A stretch of 64,000 nucleotides of DNA from Acidimicrobiales bacterium (GTDB lineage: Bacteria > Actinomycetota > Acidimicrobiia > Acidimicrobiales > DASWIA01): assembly GCA_036397895.1 (NCBI GenBank), contig DASWIA010000056.1, forward strand, positions 2,468 through 66,467, in the 5' to 3' direction. The notes beneath the pieces were generated by a model. That model did not search any database. It had not been told where the DNA came from and worked only from the letters and a program-made list of their open reading frames with translations. Below are positions 52,788 through 62,028 of this stretch, piece by piece. Made by a program: the position numbers and the translations under genes. Positions within the stretch are counted from its first letter, which is position 1; every line of letters starts with the position of its first letter.

Positions 52788-53351
52788 TCAACCCTCGTTC
52801 CAGATCCGGACGTCGGTGAGGTTTCGGTGCCGTTCGGCCACGTCGAGGCCGTATCCCACCACGAAGTCGGGTGGGATGGTGAAGCCGGTGTAGCGCAGAT
52901 CCGGATCATCGTCCTGGAGCCCTTCCCGCACCAGCAACGCGCACACCTCGAGGCTCTTGGGGTGACGAGCGGCCAGGTTCCGGCGCAGGTATGACAGCGT
53001 GAGGCCGCTGTCGACTATGTCCTCGACGATGATCACGTCGCGGTCGGCCAGATCGATGTCGAGATCCTTCACGATGCGCACGACGCCGCTCGTCCGAGTC
53101 GACGATCCATAGGACGACACCGCCATGAAGTCGACCTCGACGGCGAGGTCGATGGTGCGCAGAAGGTCGGCCATGAAGATGAACGCCCCTTTGAGGACCC
53201 CGACCAGCAGCGGCGTGCGACCCTGGTAGTCGGCGGTGATGCGCTCACCGAGCTCGACGACCCGGGCCTGGATCTGCTCGGTGGACACGACCACGCGGCC
53301 CGGCCCTCTCGACAGAGCAGCCTCTGGCCCTCTCGACAGCGCATCGGTCAC
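52788..53351 (-). CDS. hpt: hypoxanthine phosphoribosyltransferase
   Basis: PRPP motif [16 protein letters not shown] start at 53351. The N-terminus carries a tandem [16 protein letters not shown] duplication. Confidence 0.8.
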   Translation of the reverse strand: MTDALSRGPEAALSRGPGRVVVSTEQIQARVVELGERITADYQGRTPLLVGVLKGAFIFMADLLRTIDLAVEVDFMAVSSYGSSTRTSGVVRIVKDLDIDLADRDVIIVEDIVDSGLTLSYLRRNLAARHPKSLEVCALLVREGLQDDDPDLRYTGFTIPPDFVVGYGLDVAERHRNLTDVRIWNEG

Positions 53352-53362
53352 GGGGCGTGAAC

Positions 53363-54334
53363 CTACGAGTCCGGCCCGCAGCGCCGCAACGAGTCCGCCG
53401 TGGTCGGCCGGTTCGCATCGTCGTTTCCGTCGCAGCGTGGCCGCGTTGAGATCTCCTCGATCCGGAGTCGGCCACGCCGACGGGCCACCCGATGACCGCA
53501 CACCTCGGTGCCCCGTGCCGCTCCGTCGACGACGGCCAGCACCCGCTCGATGGCCGAAGCATCGGGCGGGTAGCCGTCGCCGGCCTCGATGCTCAGCCAC
53601 TTCCGCAGGGACCGCACGGCGAGCGGGCGGGGAGCCTGGCGCAGCGCGTCGACGTCGGTCGGATCGATGGCACCGGCCAGGGAGTCCAACAGGGCGGCGT
53701 CGCCCTCGAGATGGGCCGCGGTTCGGGCCAGCAGGGTGGCGACGTCGCGCTCGGCGATGTCGGAGAGCAGCGGCAGCAGCTCATTGCGAACCCGATTGCG
53801 ACGGTGTCGGGGGTCGCCATTGGTCGGGTCCACCACGATGGGCAGGTCGAGGTCACCGCACAGCTCCGCCGTCTCGGTACGACGAAGCTCGATCAGCGGT
53901 CGATGTCTCACCGACATGGCGGTGAGACCGGCAAGGCCCGTGCCCCGCATCAGGTTGAGCAGCAGTGTCTCGGCCCGGTCGTCAGCGGTGTGACCCAGCG
54001 CGGCGTCAGGACCGAGTGCATGGTGGCGGGCGGCGCGGAGTCGGGCCTCGAGGTCGGGACCGTCGTGGACATCGACGGCCACGACGTCGAGGGGGATCCC
54101 CAACCGCTCGCAGGTGACGGCGGCGGCTGATCGGTCGGCGGTGGTATCACGCAGGCCATGGTCGACGAGACGGGCCTCGACCTTCAGTCCCTCCGCCACC
54201 GAGAGCACAGCCAGCGCGGTGGAGTCGGGTCCACCGCTGAGCCCGATTCGTGTCCGCCGCTCGACGTCGTAACCGGCATCGGCAAACCGGGTGCGGCTCA
54301 CCAGCGCGGCGACGATGGGGTGGTCGAGGAGCAC
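53363..54334 (-). CDS. tilS: tRNA lysidine(34) synthetase
   Basis: PP-loop [11 protein letters not shown] start at 54334 gives about 323 aa. The 463-aa track ORF overlaps the upstream gene. Confidence 0.75.
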   Translation of the reverse strand: MLLDHPIVAALVSRTRFADAGYDVERRTRIGLSGGPDSTALAVLSVAEGLKVEARLVDHGLRDTTADRSAAAVTCERLGIPLDVVAVDVHDGPDLEARLRAARHHALGPDAALGHTADDRAETLLLNLMRGTGLAGLTAMSVRHRPLIELRRTETAELCGDLDLPIVVDPTNGDPRHRRNRVRNELLPLLSDIAERDVATLLARTAAHLEGDAALLDSLAGAIDPTDVDALRQAPRPLAVRSLRKWLSIEAGDGYPPDASAIERVLAVVDGAARGTEVCGHRVARRRGRLRIEEISTRPRCDGNDDANRPTTADSLRRCGPDS

Positions 54335-54377
54335 GGCGCGGTCGAGCCCGGCCGACGCGCTCGGGGCGACGGCGATC

Positions 54378-55139
54378 TCAGCTCTCGTCGAGGAGGTCAC
54401 CGGTGCGGACGATGGCCAGCAGCTCGGGGACTGAGGACGTGCCGAGCTTGCGACCGATGCGGCGAAGGCTGGCGTAGATGTTCGACCGGCTGACATCGAG
54501 CAGAGCGGCAGCATCGGTGACCGAGGGCGTGTCGCGGAGCATCTCGAGCAGGGCTCGCTGCTTGTCGGTGAGGTCGTCGAGGTGAGCACGGGCGTTGCGT
54601 ATGAGGGCGGGCTCCTGGGCCGACGGCGACCCCTCGAGGTTGCCGAGCGTGGGTCCGGTGCTCGAGGTGGCTTCGAAGGCGCCCTTCTCCTGCCGGGCGA
54701 TGGCGGTGAGCGCATCGGTACGAGCGGCCCGACGCCGCACGGGCTCGGGATCACCGTCGAGCGCCGCCTTCACCTCGCTGCGAAGCAGTCCAGGCGAGAA
54801 CGGCTTGCCGAGGTAGCGGATGGCGCCCTCGATGCCCCCGCGGATGCGGTTGTCCTCGGAGTCGTGGGCGGTGAGCATGATCACGGGGATCTCCTCGATG
54901 CCGGACTCACCGGCGGACTTCATCGCCTCCAGCACGCCCCACCCATCGATGTCGGGCAGCATCAGATCGAGGATCATGAGGTCGGGCCGCTCCCGTCGAG
55001 CCACCTCGAGGGCTTCACGGCCGTCCTGGGCCAACAGGACATCGTGCCCGTCGAGCTCGAGGTTCACCCTCACCAGGTACCGGATGTCTTCTTCGTCATC
55101 GACGACGAGGACTCGTGCCACTCTCAAGCCCTCCCTCAT
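54378..55139 (-). CDS. orphan response regulator with a C-terminal HTH domain
   Basis: REC domain (VLVVDDEEDIR, LMILDLMLPDIDG, K in GKPF), a long linker, and an HTH (VTDAAALLDVSRSNIYASLRRIGRKLG). Confidence 0.7.
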   Translation of the reverse strand: MREGLRVARVLVVDDEEDIRYLVRVNLELDGHDVLLAQDGREALEVARRERPDLMILDLMLPDIDGWGVLEAMKSAGESGIEEIPVIMLTAHDSEDNRIRGGIEGAIRYLGKPFSPGLLRSEVKAALDGDPEPVRRRAARTDALTAIARQEKGAFEATSSTGPTLGNLEGSPSAQEPALIRNARAHLDDLTDKQRALLEMLRDTPSVTDAAALLDVSRSNIYASLRRIGRKLGTSSVPELLAIVRTGDLLDES

Positions 55140-55212
55140 TCCGACGTGACGGACCCCGACGTGGGTGGCGCCTCGAACCAATCCTGGGCTGGACTCGAAC
55201 TTACTACCGGCC

Positions 55213-56394
55213 TCAGGTGCGGCCCAGACCGAGCCGCTCGATCCACGACATCGGATCGCGGATCTCGCCCAACGACGGCAGGCGGTCGGGCGCCACCCAC
55301 GCGGCGTCGACAGCACCGGCACCGGCCGCGGCCTCGACCGCTTCGATGAACCGCTCGCCTGCCTCGTACTGGGCCAGCTTGGCCTCGATCCCGACTACCT
55401 GCTGCACGATCCTCGCCACGCCGGTGGCCTGGCGCCGGCGCTGGCGGAGCGTTCGGGCGAAGCGGTCGGCCGAGGGCACCTGCCCGGCGCCGGCCCGATC
55501 CATGGTGATGTCGCCGTGGCCCTCGAGCAGGCTCATGAGCCCACCGATGCGGTCGAGGGCCAGGCGTTGCTCCGGTCCCGCGAACAGGGCCACGAGCCCG
55601 CCGTCGTCGAGGGGGTTGCGGCCCGCGCCGACCGCCTCGACAGCACGTCGCAGCGCGTCGAGCAGCCGGCGGGGATCAGGCTCGACGGCACCCAACGTGG
55701 ACTCGACCAGCCCCAAGTAGTGCTCGCGCATCCAGGGCACGCCGGTGAACTGGGCCCGGTGGGTGGTTTCGTGGAGAGCCAGCCACAACCGGAACTCCTG
55801 AGGGGGGAACTGGAAGCGCTTCTCCAGCGCCAGCACGTTGGGACCAACGTAGGAAACGACGTCTTGGTGGTCGAGGTCGTCGTCGTCGACCACCAGCAGG
55901 TCGTACTGGCCCAGGACCCTCCCCGACATCCAGCCGAGCAAGAACCCGACTTCGAGCGCGGCGACGTTTCGGGTGACATCAGCCATCGGCCCGGCGCTGG
56001 CCATTCGGGCCGCCAACGAGTCGGTGAGAGGCCGGAGCAGGCGCCGAAAGGAACCGATGTTGGCCCGGATCCAGCCGGGTCGATCAACCACTCGGGCCCG
56101 CGCCGCGCTCGGCGGAGTGAGGCCGGTCTCGGCCGCGACGAGCGTCTCGGCCCGGGCGGTGAGCTCGTCGAAGTCGGGAACGAGCGATTGGGCGTGATAG
56201 CTCGCGGCCAACGGCTCAGTCCCCGACAGACGGATGGCGACCCGCTCCGCCAACGCCCAGTTGACCGGCTCAGGGTGATCCGTCGACGGCGAGCTGGTGG
56301 TGCCGCGGGCGGTCGAAACGCCGGGGGCGGGACTGGAGCGGTCGAGCCCTATCAGTCGTAGGATCGAGGCCGGTCCGATGGGCACGCCGGGCAA
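55213..56394 (-). CDS. zinc-dependent metalloprotease (DUF2342-type, HExxH)
   Basis: ALHETTHRAQF motif. TTG start is called by the track and is uncertain. Confidence 0.6.
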   Translation of the reverse strand: MPGVPIGPASILRLIGLDRSSPAPGVSTARGTTSSPSTDHPEPVNWALAERVAIRLSGTEPLAASYHAQSLVPDFDELTARAETLVAAETGLTPPSAARARVVDRPGWIRANIGSFRRLLRPLTDSLAARMASAGPMADVTRNVAALEVGFLLGWMSGRVLGQYDLLVVDDDDLDHQDVVSYVGPNVLALEKRFQFPPQEFRLWLALHETTHRAQFTGVPWMREHYLGLVESTLGAVEPDPRRLLDALRRAVEAVGAGRNPLDDGGLVALFAGPEQRLALDRIGGLMSLLEGHGDITMDRAGAGQVPSADRFARTLRQRRRQATGVARIVQQVVGIEAKLAQYEAGERFIEAVEAAAGAGAVDAAWVAPDRLPSLGEIRDPMSWIERLGLGRT

Positions 56395-56538
56395 TCAGTC
56401 GCGGGGGTACTTGGTGGCGGAGACCTTGATCAGGTAGCCGACGAGCGTGGCGATGGTGGCCAGCACGGCACCGGCGGTCAGTGCCACTGCGATCCAGAAG
56501 TGCCATGGGCGAGCGGCAGCCACGAGCAGATCCAACAT
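56395..56538 (-). CDS. 47-aa single-pass membrane protein (below ORF-track cutoff)
   Basis: Translation MLDLLVAAARPWHFWIAVALTAGAVLATIATLVGYLIKVSATKYPRD. Its stop abuts the next gene's start. Confidence 0.4.
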   Translation of the reverse strand: MLDLLVAAARPWHFWIAVALTAGAVLATIATLVGYLIKVSATKYPRD

Positions 56539-56583
56539 GTCGGCATCGTAGAGTGCGCGGCGCTGCGGCTCACATCACCCGGC

Positions 56584-56859
56584 TCAGATGCTCGATGGAG
56601 CCTCGCCGGCGACGGCTTCGATGGCCGACCGCACTCGTTGCACCATCTCGGGAGGAACCTCGGCCCGACACGATCGTTCGACGAGGTGGCGCACCGCCTC
56701 GTGCACCCCGTAAGCCGAACCACATGGCGGGCAGGCGCTGAGGTGAGCACCGATCTGCTGGCGCACCTCTGCGGTGAGCTCTCCGTCGAGGTAGAGGTGG
56801 ATCTGGCGCAGGGCCTCGAGGCACTCGGGATGCTGGTCGGTGCAGTCGTCTTCAGCCAT
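56584..56859 (-). CDS. rshA: zinc-binding anti-sigma factor (ZAS; RsrA/RshA-like)
   Basis: 91 aa, soluble, with an H-x3-C-x2-C motif (HLSACPPC) plus an N-terminal Cys. 8-nt overlap with the sigma gene. Confidence 0.7.
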   Translation of the reverse strand: MAEDDCTDQHPECLEALRQIHLYLDGELTAEVRQQIGAHLSACPPCGSAYGVHEAVRHLVERSCRAEVPPEMVQRVRSAIEAVAGEAPSSI

Positions 56860-57460
56860 TGGTCGTGATCTCCGTAGACGCCACCGTGTCAGCCGAGTCG
56901 GCATCGACCAGCCCGTGGCTCGTTCCGTAGGCGTACAACCGCTTGTGGAGCGCCCTTCTTCCCCGATGGAGGCGACTCATCACGGTACCGATGGGGATGT
57001 CGAGGATCTCGGCGATCTCCTTGTAGGCGAAACCCTCGACGTCGGCGAGTAGAACGGCCACCCGGAAGATCTCGGGAAGCTCCTCGACGGCCTGCTGGAC
57101 CTCAGCTTCGGTGACCAGGTCGATCACCTCGTCCTCCGGTGAGCGGCCACGATTGGCTCGCTCCTCCCCACCGAGCTTGTTGAACAAGTAGAGGTCTTCG
57201 CCCTCGTCCAACTCGGTCTCGTCAGGCCGGCGCTGCTTGGCTCGGTACTGGTTGATGTAGGTGTTGGTGAGGATCCGGTAGAGCCAAGCCCTCAGATTGG
57301 TGCCTTCGGTGAAGCCGTCGAAGGCACGGTAGGCCTTGAGATACGTCTCCTGCACCAGGTCCTCGGCGTCGGCGGCGTTGCGCGTCATGCGGAGCCCAGC
57401 GCCGTAGAGCCCCGCCATGTGCTCCATCGCCATGTCGGCGAAGTTCGCCTGGTCAGCCAT
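56852..57460 (-). CDS. sigH: ECF sigma factor of the SigR/SigH (thiol-stress) type
   Basis: [40 protein letters not shown] closely resembles SigR/SigH region 2 from memory. Followed by the ZAS partner. Confidence 0.7.
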   Translation of the reverse strand: MADQANFADMAMEHMAGLYGAGLRMTRNAADAEDLVQETYLKAYRAFDGFTEGTNLRAWLYRILTNTYINQYRAKQRRPDETELDEGEDLYLFNKLGGEERANRGRSPEDEVIDLVTEAEVQQAVEELPEIFRVAVLLADVEGFAYKEIAEILDIPIGTVMSRLHRGRRALHKRLYAYGTSHGLVDADSADTVASTEITTNG

Positions 57461-57497
57461 AGCAGCGAGGCTAACTAATGGCCCCTGCCGGCCGGCA

Positions 57498-57701
57498 TCA
57501 GAGGTCGAAGTCCTCTTGGAGACCCTCGATGTAGCGGTGAAAGGCGATGTGGTCGCTCTCGAGCGTTCGCTGCTCGCCGTCCTTCTCGACGATGACGGTG
57601 TCCTTCTCCGGGGTCTCGATGACCCTCACCGGCGTCCACCCATCTTCTTGGATCAGCGTGCGCAGGTTCTCGAGTGTCGGGTCGTCGCCCCATCCAGCCA
57701 T
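57498..57701 (-). CDS. small conserved-looking hypothetical protein (67 aa)
   Basis: ATG at 57701. High-GC3 frame lying 37 nt upstream of the ECF sigma gene. May be the 3' part of a frameshifted longer gene (see findings). Confidence 0.4.
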   Translation of the reverse strand: MAGWGDDPTLENLRTLIQEDGWTPVRVIETPEKDTVIVEKDGEQRTLESDHIAFHRYIEGLQEDFDL

Positions 57702-57853
57702 GGGCGGCGAGGGTAGTTGGTCGCCAGGGAGACAGGTCCACACCGCCACCGAGCCGCTGAGCGTCTTCGACGGTGTTCAGGATCACGCTGTCTTTGTCGT
57801 CCTCCCACCAGATGATGAGGCCGCGGCGCTCTTGCTCGCCGGCAGGCATCGAC

Positions 57854-58126
57854 TCATGCGACGTCGAGGAACTTCCGCAGGGCCGCTCGGATCACGTTGC
57901 TGGTGGTCGTGTGGTCGGCTTCAGCTCGAGCCTCGATCGCCATCTTGAGTTCCGGGTCGATGCGGACGGGCACGACGTCGGCTGGACCCGAGCCCATGGG
58001 GGGACGGCCCCGACGGCGACCCTTGAGCTCCTCGACGTCGTAGTCGGCGGTCTCGACCTCCTCGGCAAGCGCGTCGAGATCGTCGTCGGTCAGCACGCGT
58101 CCGGACTTGGTGCGATGAGTGGTCAC
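57854..58126 (-). CDS. ribbon-helix-helix (CopG/BrnA-like) antitoxin
   Basis: C-terminal RHH VPVRIDPELKMAIEARAEADHTTTSNVIRAALRKFL. 4-nt overlap with the upstream gene. Confidence 0.6.
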   Translation of the reverse strand: MTTHRTKSGRVLTDDDLDALAEEVETADYDVEELKGRRRGRPPMGSGPADVVPVRIDPELKMAIEARAEADHTTTSNVIRAALRKFLDVA

Positions 58127-58383
58127 GGTTCGTCTCCTTCGGCCGGGGGAAGCAGATCGTGGAACGCGGAGCGGAGTGGCATGGCGTGGATCACCATGTC
58201 GACGTCGGCGAACTCGAGCCAGATGACTTCAAGAAGGTTGCCTGAGGTGTCGGGGCCGATGGCGAGCACCTTGGGCGGATCGGCATCCGGTTCAAGATCG
58301 ACGACCGTGAGTGCGTGCTCCACGGCGTGGAGGATCGCGTCGGCGTCGAACCCGTGCTTGTGGGCTGAGCGGTGGAACTCCAC
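58123..58383 (-). CDS. putative toxin, BrnT/DUF497-like
   Basis: AHKHGFDADAI...LAIGPDTSGNLLEVI...VIHAMPLR resembles the BrnT core from memory. Toxin-first gene order, as in brnTA. Confidence 0.45.
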   Translation of the reverse strand: MEFHRSAHKHGFDADAILHAVEHALTVVDLEPDADPPKVLAIGPDTSGNLLEVIWLEFADVDMVIHAMPLRSAFHDLLPPAEGDEP

Positions 58384-58394
58384 ACCCGATTATC

Positions 58395-58408
58395 GTATTA
58401 CGGAATAC
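58395..58408. promoter_or_regulatory. inverted repeat in an AT-richer patch just upstream of the toxin gene (candidate operator)
   Basis: GTATT-ACGG-AATAC, 12 nt upstream of the start codon. Confidence 0.3.
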
Positions 58409-58446
58409 TGTTGGGGTCAACGCATTACGCCGAGACCCTGGACACG

Positions 58447-58494
58447 CTCGGGATCGCTCCGTCCGACCTCCTCGGGATCGCTCCGTCCGACCTC
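58447..58494. repeat. perfect 24-nt tandem duplication
   Basis: CTCGGGATCGCTCCGTCCGACCTC occurs twice, head to tail. Confidence 0.9.
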
Positions 58495-58621
58495 GTGGGG
58501 GAGGACCGCCGGCTCACCCAAGGCATCGGCGAGCCTAGGTCCGACTACCGGGTACTGCTCTGCAACTGGGCACACGCTCGATTGAGGAACTGGCCGGTGG
58601 CTGGGTCGTAGTCGCCCTGGA

Positions 58622-58849
58622 TCACGCCTTGCAGAGCTTCGACACAGTCTGGGGGGCCACCCCCGCAACGGCCGCGATGTCGCGAAGTGACGCACCGTTG
58701 GCCTGTGCGAGTCGGATCGCGGTAGCCCACTGGTCTTCGATGTCGCGCTTCTGACGGCTGAGCCGCCTGATGACGCTGAGCGCCGCATCCTCCGCGCTCC
58801 TCGACACGTCGATCTCGCTCAGATCCCACCGCGACTGGATCGTGCTCAT
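58622..58849 (-). CDS. small HTH protein (75 aa)
   Basis: C-terminal HTH ASLRDIAAVAGVAPQTVSKL. The ATG overlaps the upstream stop (ATGA). Confidence 0.45.
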   Translation of the reverse strand: MSTIQSRWDLSEIDVSRSAEDAALSVIRRLSRQKRDIEDQWATAIRLAQANGASLRDIAAVAGVAPQTVSKLCKA

Positions 58850-59010
58850 CGGGCCTCCTCGATCGCTCGTAACAGCTTGGCGATCACGTCGCGCAGGATG
58901 ACGGCAGCGACGAGCTCGTCGCTTCGGCGCTCAAGGATGTCCACGACCCCTCCTAGCGCATCGAGCGTATGAGCAAGCTCTGCTTCATCCAGATCCAACG
59001 TGAGTCGCAT
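58846..59010 (-). CDS. 54-aa acidic helical protein (below ORF-track cutoff)
   Basis: Translation MRLTLDLDEAELAHTLDALGGVVDILERRSDELVAAVILRDVIAKLLRAIEEAR. Translationally coupled to the HTH gene. Confidence 0.4.
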   Translation of the reverse strand: MRLTLDLDEAELAHTLDALGGVVDILERRSDELVAAVILRDVIAKLLRAIEEAR

Positions 59011-59240
59011 CACCGAGAGTCTACACTCTAGACATCATGTGCAGTATCCAGACAGGCGACCACGGCGAGGAGGACACGGCCCCCCGATCAGCGGTCCCAC
59101 ACGAAGCGCCGGTCTCCCCGCCCACCGTGGCCTGGGCCCGCAGGCCGTCGCCCCAGTAGCGGTAGGCGGCGGTGGTCTCGCCTCCCTCCGCGCCGTCGCC
59201 GGCGGCATCAGCTGACGATCGAACAGTTCAACCAGTAGCG

Positions 59241-59450
59241 TCAGTTGTGCTCGCGCCGGAAGCGCTCGAGCTCTGTGACCGAACCGATGCCACCGCCGGC
59301 AGAGAGCCACGTGCGATGGACCGACACGTCGAATCCAGCACTCCGGGCTGCCGCCACGACAGCGCGTCGCTGCCATGCAGTCAGGAGGACGAGACCAACG
59401 GTGTGTGACGCTGGCGCCGCGTTGACGAGCACCAACCCGCTGTTCATCCA
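59241..59450 (-). pseudogene. candidate 3' fragment of the IS21-split gene
   Basis: WMNSGLVLVNAAP...GFDVSVHRTWLSAGGGIGSVTELERFRREHN. GC3 is about 74 percent, similar to the 5' fragment (about 73 percent) by my counts. Confidence 0.3.
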
Positions 59451-59509
59451 TGGCGGCTGTCGCTCGCCAGCGTGATGGGACCACTGTTTCGCCAGTGGCA
59501 TGGGACCAC
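59451..59509. repeat. IS21 left terminal region with two copies of the 20-nt binding-site-like repeat
   Basis: CGCCAGCGTGATGGGACCAC (59465..59484) and CGCCAGTGGCATGGGACCAC (59490..59509). Confidence 0.8.
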
Positions 59510-59561
59510 GTCGGGGCCTTCAGCGTCGGCGGGGTGATGATGGTGGCGGGCGCTGCTGGGG

Positions 59562-60362
59562 TCAAGGACGGCGTCGACGGGGGCGGGGTTCTGGGTCGTC
59601 GTCTTGGTTGATGGTGGGCTTCTGGCGGCGCCGGTAGGAGTCGCCTTCGAGGACGAGTTCGTGGGCGGCGGACTGGAGGCGGTCGATGGCGGATTGGGCG
59701 AGGAGTGGGTCGGCCATGAGAGCCAGCCACTCGATCGGGTCGCGGTTGCTCGTGACGATCGTGGCCGCCGAGCGGTGCCGTTCGACGATGAGCTCGTAGA
59801 CCTCGGCGGTGTCGATCGCGTCGAGCGCGCTGAGCGCGAAGTCATCCAAGATGAGCAGGTCGACGCGCAGGAGCTTGCGGACTTCGGCGTCGTGGCTGTT
59901 GTCGAGCCGGGAGGCCTTGAGCCGACGCAGCAGGGTGTCGGTACGTTCGAAGTGGACGCGGTAGCGGCGCCGCACGGCGGCGTGGCCGAGCGCGGTTGCG
60001 AGGAAGGTCTTGCCGACGCCGACGGGTCCCATGATCACGACGTTGTGGGCGTTGTCGATGAAGCGCAGCGAGCCGAGCTCGGCCCAGGTGGCCTGGTCGT
60101 AGGTGACCGCGGTGCTGGGGTCCCAGCGGTCCATGGTCATGGTCGGGTCGAGGCCGGCGGTCCGGGCCCGCAGCGTGGCCGAGCTGGTGTCGCGTCGGGT
60201 GACCTCATCGGCGAGGAGTAGCTCGAGGAACTCGCCATGCGCGAGCCGGTTGGTCTTCGCGAGGGCGAGGCGTTCGGGGAGCGTGTCGAGGAGCTTGCCG
60301 AGCTTCACCCGGCGCAACAGGGCACGCAGCTCCGGGCTGACCGTGGGGGCGGGAGCGGTCAT
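59562..60362 (-). CDS. istB: IS21-family helper ATPase IstB
   Basis: Walker A GPVGVGKT, Walker B LLILDDF. 266 aa. Confidence 0.9.
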   Translation of the reverse strand: MTAPAPTVSPELRALLRRVKLGKLLDTLPERLALAKTNRLAHGEFLELLLADEVTRRDTSSATLRARTAGLDPTMTMDRWDPSTAVTYDQATWAELGSLRFIDNAHNVVIMGPVGVGKTFLATALGHAAVRRRYRVHFERTDTLLRRLKASRLDNSHDAEVRKLLRVDLLILDDFALSALDAIDTAEVYELIVERHRSAATIVTSNRDPIEWLALMADPLLAQSAIDRLQSAAHELVLEGDSYRRRQKPTINQDDDPEPRPRRRRP

Positions 60363-61954
60363 CGCTGGTCGCCTTCGGTGCCGGTCGCCGGGCGTTCGAC
60401 GGCGAAGTGGTCGGGGTCTCGGGCGAAGCGTGGCGTGATCACCTCACCGGCGGGCGCCGACGGGGTGCTGATGTCGGTGTTCTCGGTGGCCCGTTCCAGC
60501 ATCCGGCCGATGAGACCGACGTTGATGGCCTCGTGGTCGAGGGCGCTCGCGCACGCCGTGTTGACCCGGTCGGGACCCCACTTCTTGACCAGGCCGAGCA
60601 GCGCGTAGACCTGTCGCATCTTGGTCCAGGGCAGGGGGTGCTCGAGCAGCGCCGCGGTGAACGCGCCGACCGCGGGGCCGTGCCCGGCGGCGAGGCGTTG
60701 CAGCGCGTCGAGGTCACGCATGGCGTAGGCGGTCCGCTCGGTCGGGAGGTCGTCAGGGTCGGTGACCCGGCCGCCGGGGGCCTGGCGCGGGTGGACCTTC
60801 ACGAGCTGGCCTCGGGCGTAGATCCGCACCAGCGCCCGATCGGCGCGCACGTCGACCTGGGAGCCGATGAGGTTCCCGGGCACCGAGTAGAGGGCCTTGG
60901 CCACCTCGATGTGGTGGTCCCGATGCACCTTCGCGTTGACGTAGACCGGCAGGTCGTAGCGCTCGGTCGGCGCGGGGGCCAACACCGGGGCCTCCTCGAT
61001 GCGGAACACCTCCGCAGGCCGGGCCTGGATCGTGCCATGGACCCGCATCCCAGCCCGACCCCGGCACCACTGTTCGGCCCGGCGCTGCGCGTCAGGGAGG
61101 TCGATGAAGGTCTCACCCGCGAAGAACGACTGGCGCACGAATGGCACGGTCCGCTCGACGCGAGGCTTGTCCTGAGGCGACCGCACCCGCGCCGGATCCA
61201 CGACGAAGCCCCGCGCCTGCGCGTACTCGACGAACGCCTGGTTCAACCGCGGCTCAAGCGGGTTCGCCTTGTCGACGATCGTCTTCATGTTGTCGGGGAT
61301 GACCGTCTTGAAGACACCGCCGTAGAACACCCAGGCCGCTTCGAACCCGGCGATCACGTCGTCGATCGTTTGGCGGTGGGCGAGCCACACGAAGCTGTAA
61401 CGGCTCACGACCGGCGTGAAGATCAACGCCTGGCAGTCCCGCCCTCGGCCCGTGTCCGGATCGACCAGGCGGCCCATCTTCCCGAAGTCGACCTGCAGCT
61501 CGTCGCCGGGCTCGCCGTCGTCGACGCGCACCGTTGTGCCCCGCCGGCCCCGGCCCACATCGCACACCTCATCCGCGTAGCGGTGCAGGGTCCGCTCCGG
61601 GACCAGCACGCCCTCACGCGTGAGCAGGTCATGGACCTTCACAACGGTCAGCCCGTCCTTCTTCAGCCACGTCTCGATCCGGTCGTGGCGGGCCACCAGC
61701 AGCCGCCACGCCTCGCCATGACCGTCGGACCGGTGCGGCCGCACGGCCTCCACCACCGACCCGAGGAACACGTCGCCCAGCTGATCCTCGCCGCCGTCGC
61801 GGACCAGGCCCAGCCCCTCGGCGGCGGTCACGTAGCGGCGGACCGTCTTGCGGTCCACGCCCGCCAACCGCTCCACCGACCGGAACCCCTCGCCTCGCAG
61901 CCACAGCCGCAGCACCTCTCGAACCTCGAACACTCGAACCTCCCGGAACGCCAT
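60359..61954 (-). CDS. istA: IS21-family transposase IstA
   Basis: 531 aa with an N-terminal HTH, a DDE catalytic core length and pattern, and IstA-typical organisation upstream of istB. Confidence 0.9.
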   Translation of the reverse strand: MAFREVRVFEVREVLRLWLRGEGFRSVERLAGVDRKTVRRYVTAAEGLGLVRDGGEDQLGDVFLGSVVEAVRPHRSDGHGEAWRLLVARHDRIETWLKKDGLTVVKVHDLLTREGVLVPERTLHRYADEVCDVGRGRRGTTVRVDDGEPGDELQVDFGKMGRLVDPDTGRGRDCQALIFTPVVSRYSFVWLAHRQTIDDVIAGFEAAWVFYGGVFKTVIPDNMKTIVDKANPLEPRLNQAFVEYAQARGFVVDPARVRSPQDKPRVERTVPFVRQSFFAGETFIDLPDAQRRAEQWCRGRAGMRVHGTIQARPAEVFRIEEAPVLAPAPTERYDLPVYVNAKVHRDHHIEVAKALYSVPGNLIGSQVDVRADRALVRIYARGQLVKVHPRQAPGGRVTDPDDLPTERTAYAMRDLDALQRLAAGHGPAVGAFTAALLEHPLPWTKMRQVYALLGLVKKWGPDRVNTACASALDHEAINVGLIGRMLERATENTDISTPSAPAGEVITPRFARDPDHFAVERPATGTEGDQR

Positions 61955-62028
61955 CGCCGTCCTTCCTGGACCGCTGGTCAGAAGGCGACGAGTCCACTGG
62001 CAGCGGTGCCGCTACCGGTGGACCCCGG

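Noticed and set aside
53302-53349. 24-nt periodic duplication (GGCCCTCTCGACAG twice) at the 5' end of hpt
   Set aside because: It is real in the sequence, but it simply encodes a duplicated ALSRGP octapeptide in the non-conserved N-terminal extension. It is of low biological interest, and the true start may lie downstream.
58447-58494. Possible CRISPR array or coding repeat (LGIAPSDL twice in one frame)
   Set aside because: There are only two adjacent copies with no spacers. The surrounding ORFs in both strands lack starts, RBS or family resemblance.
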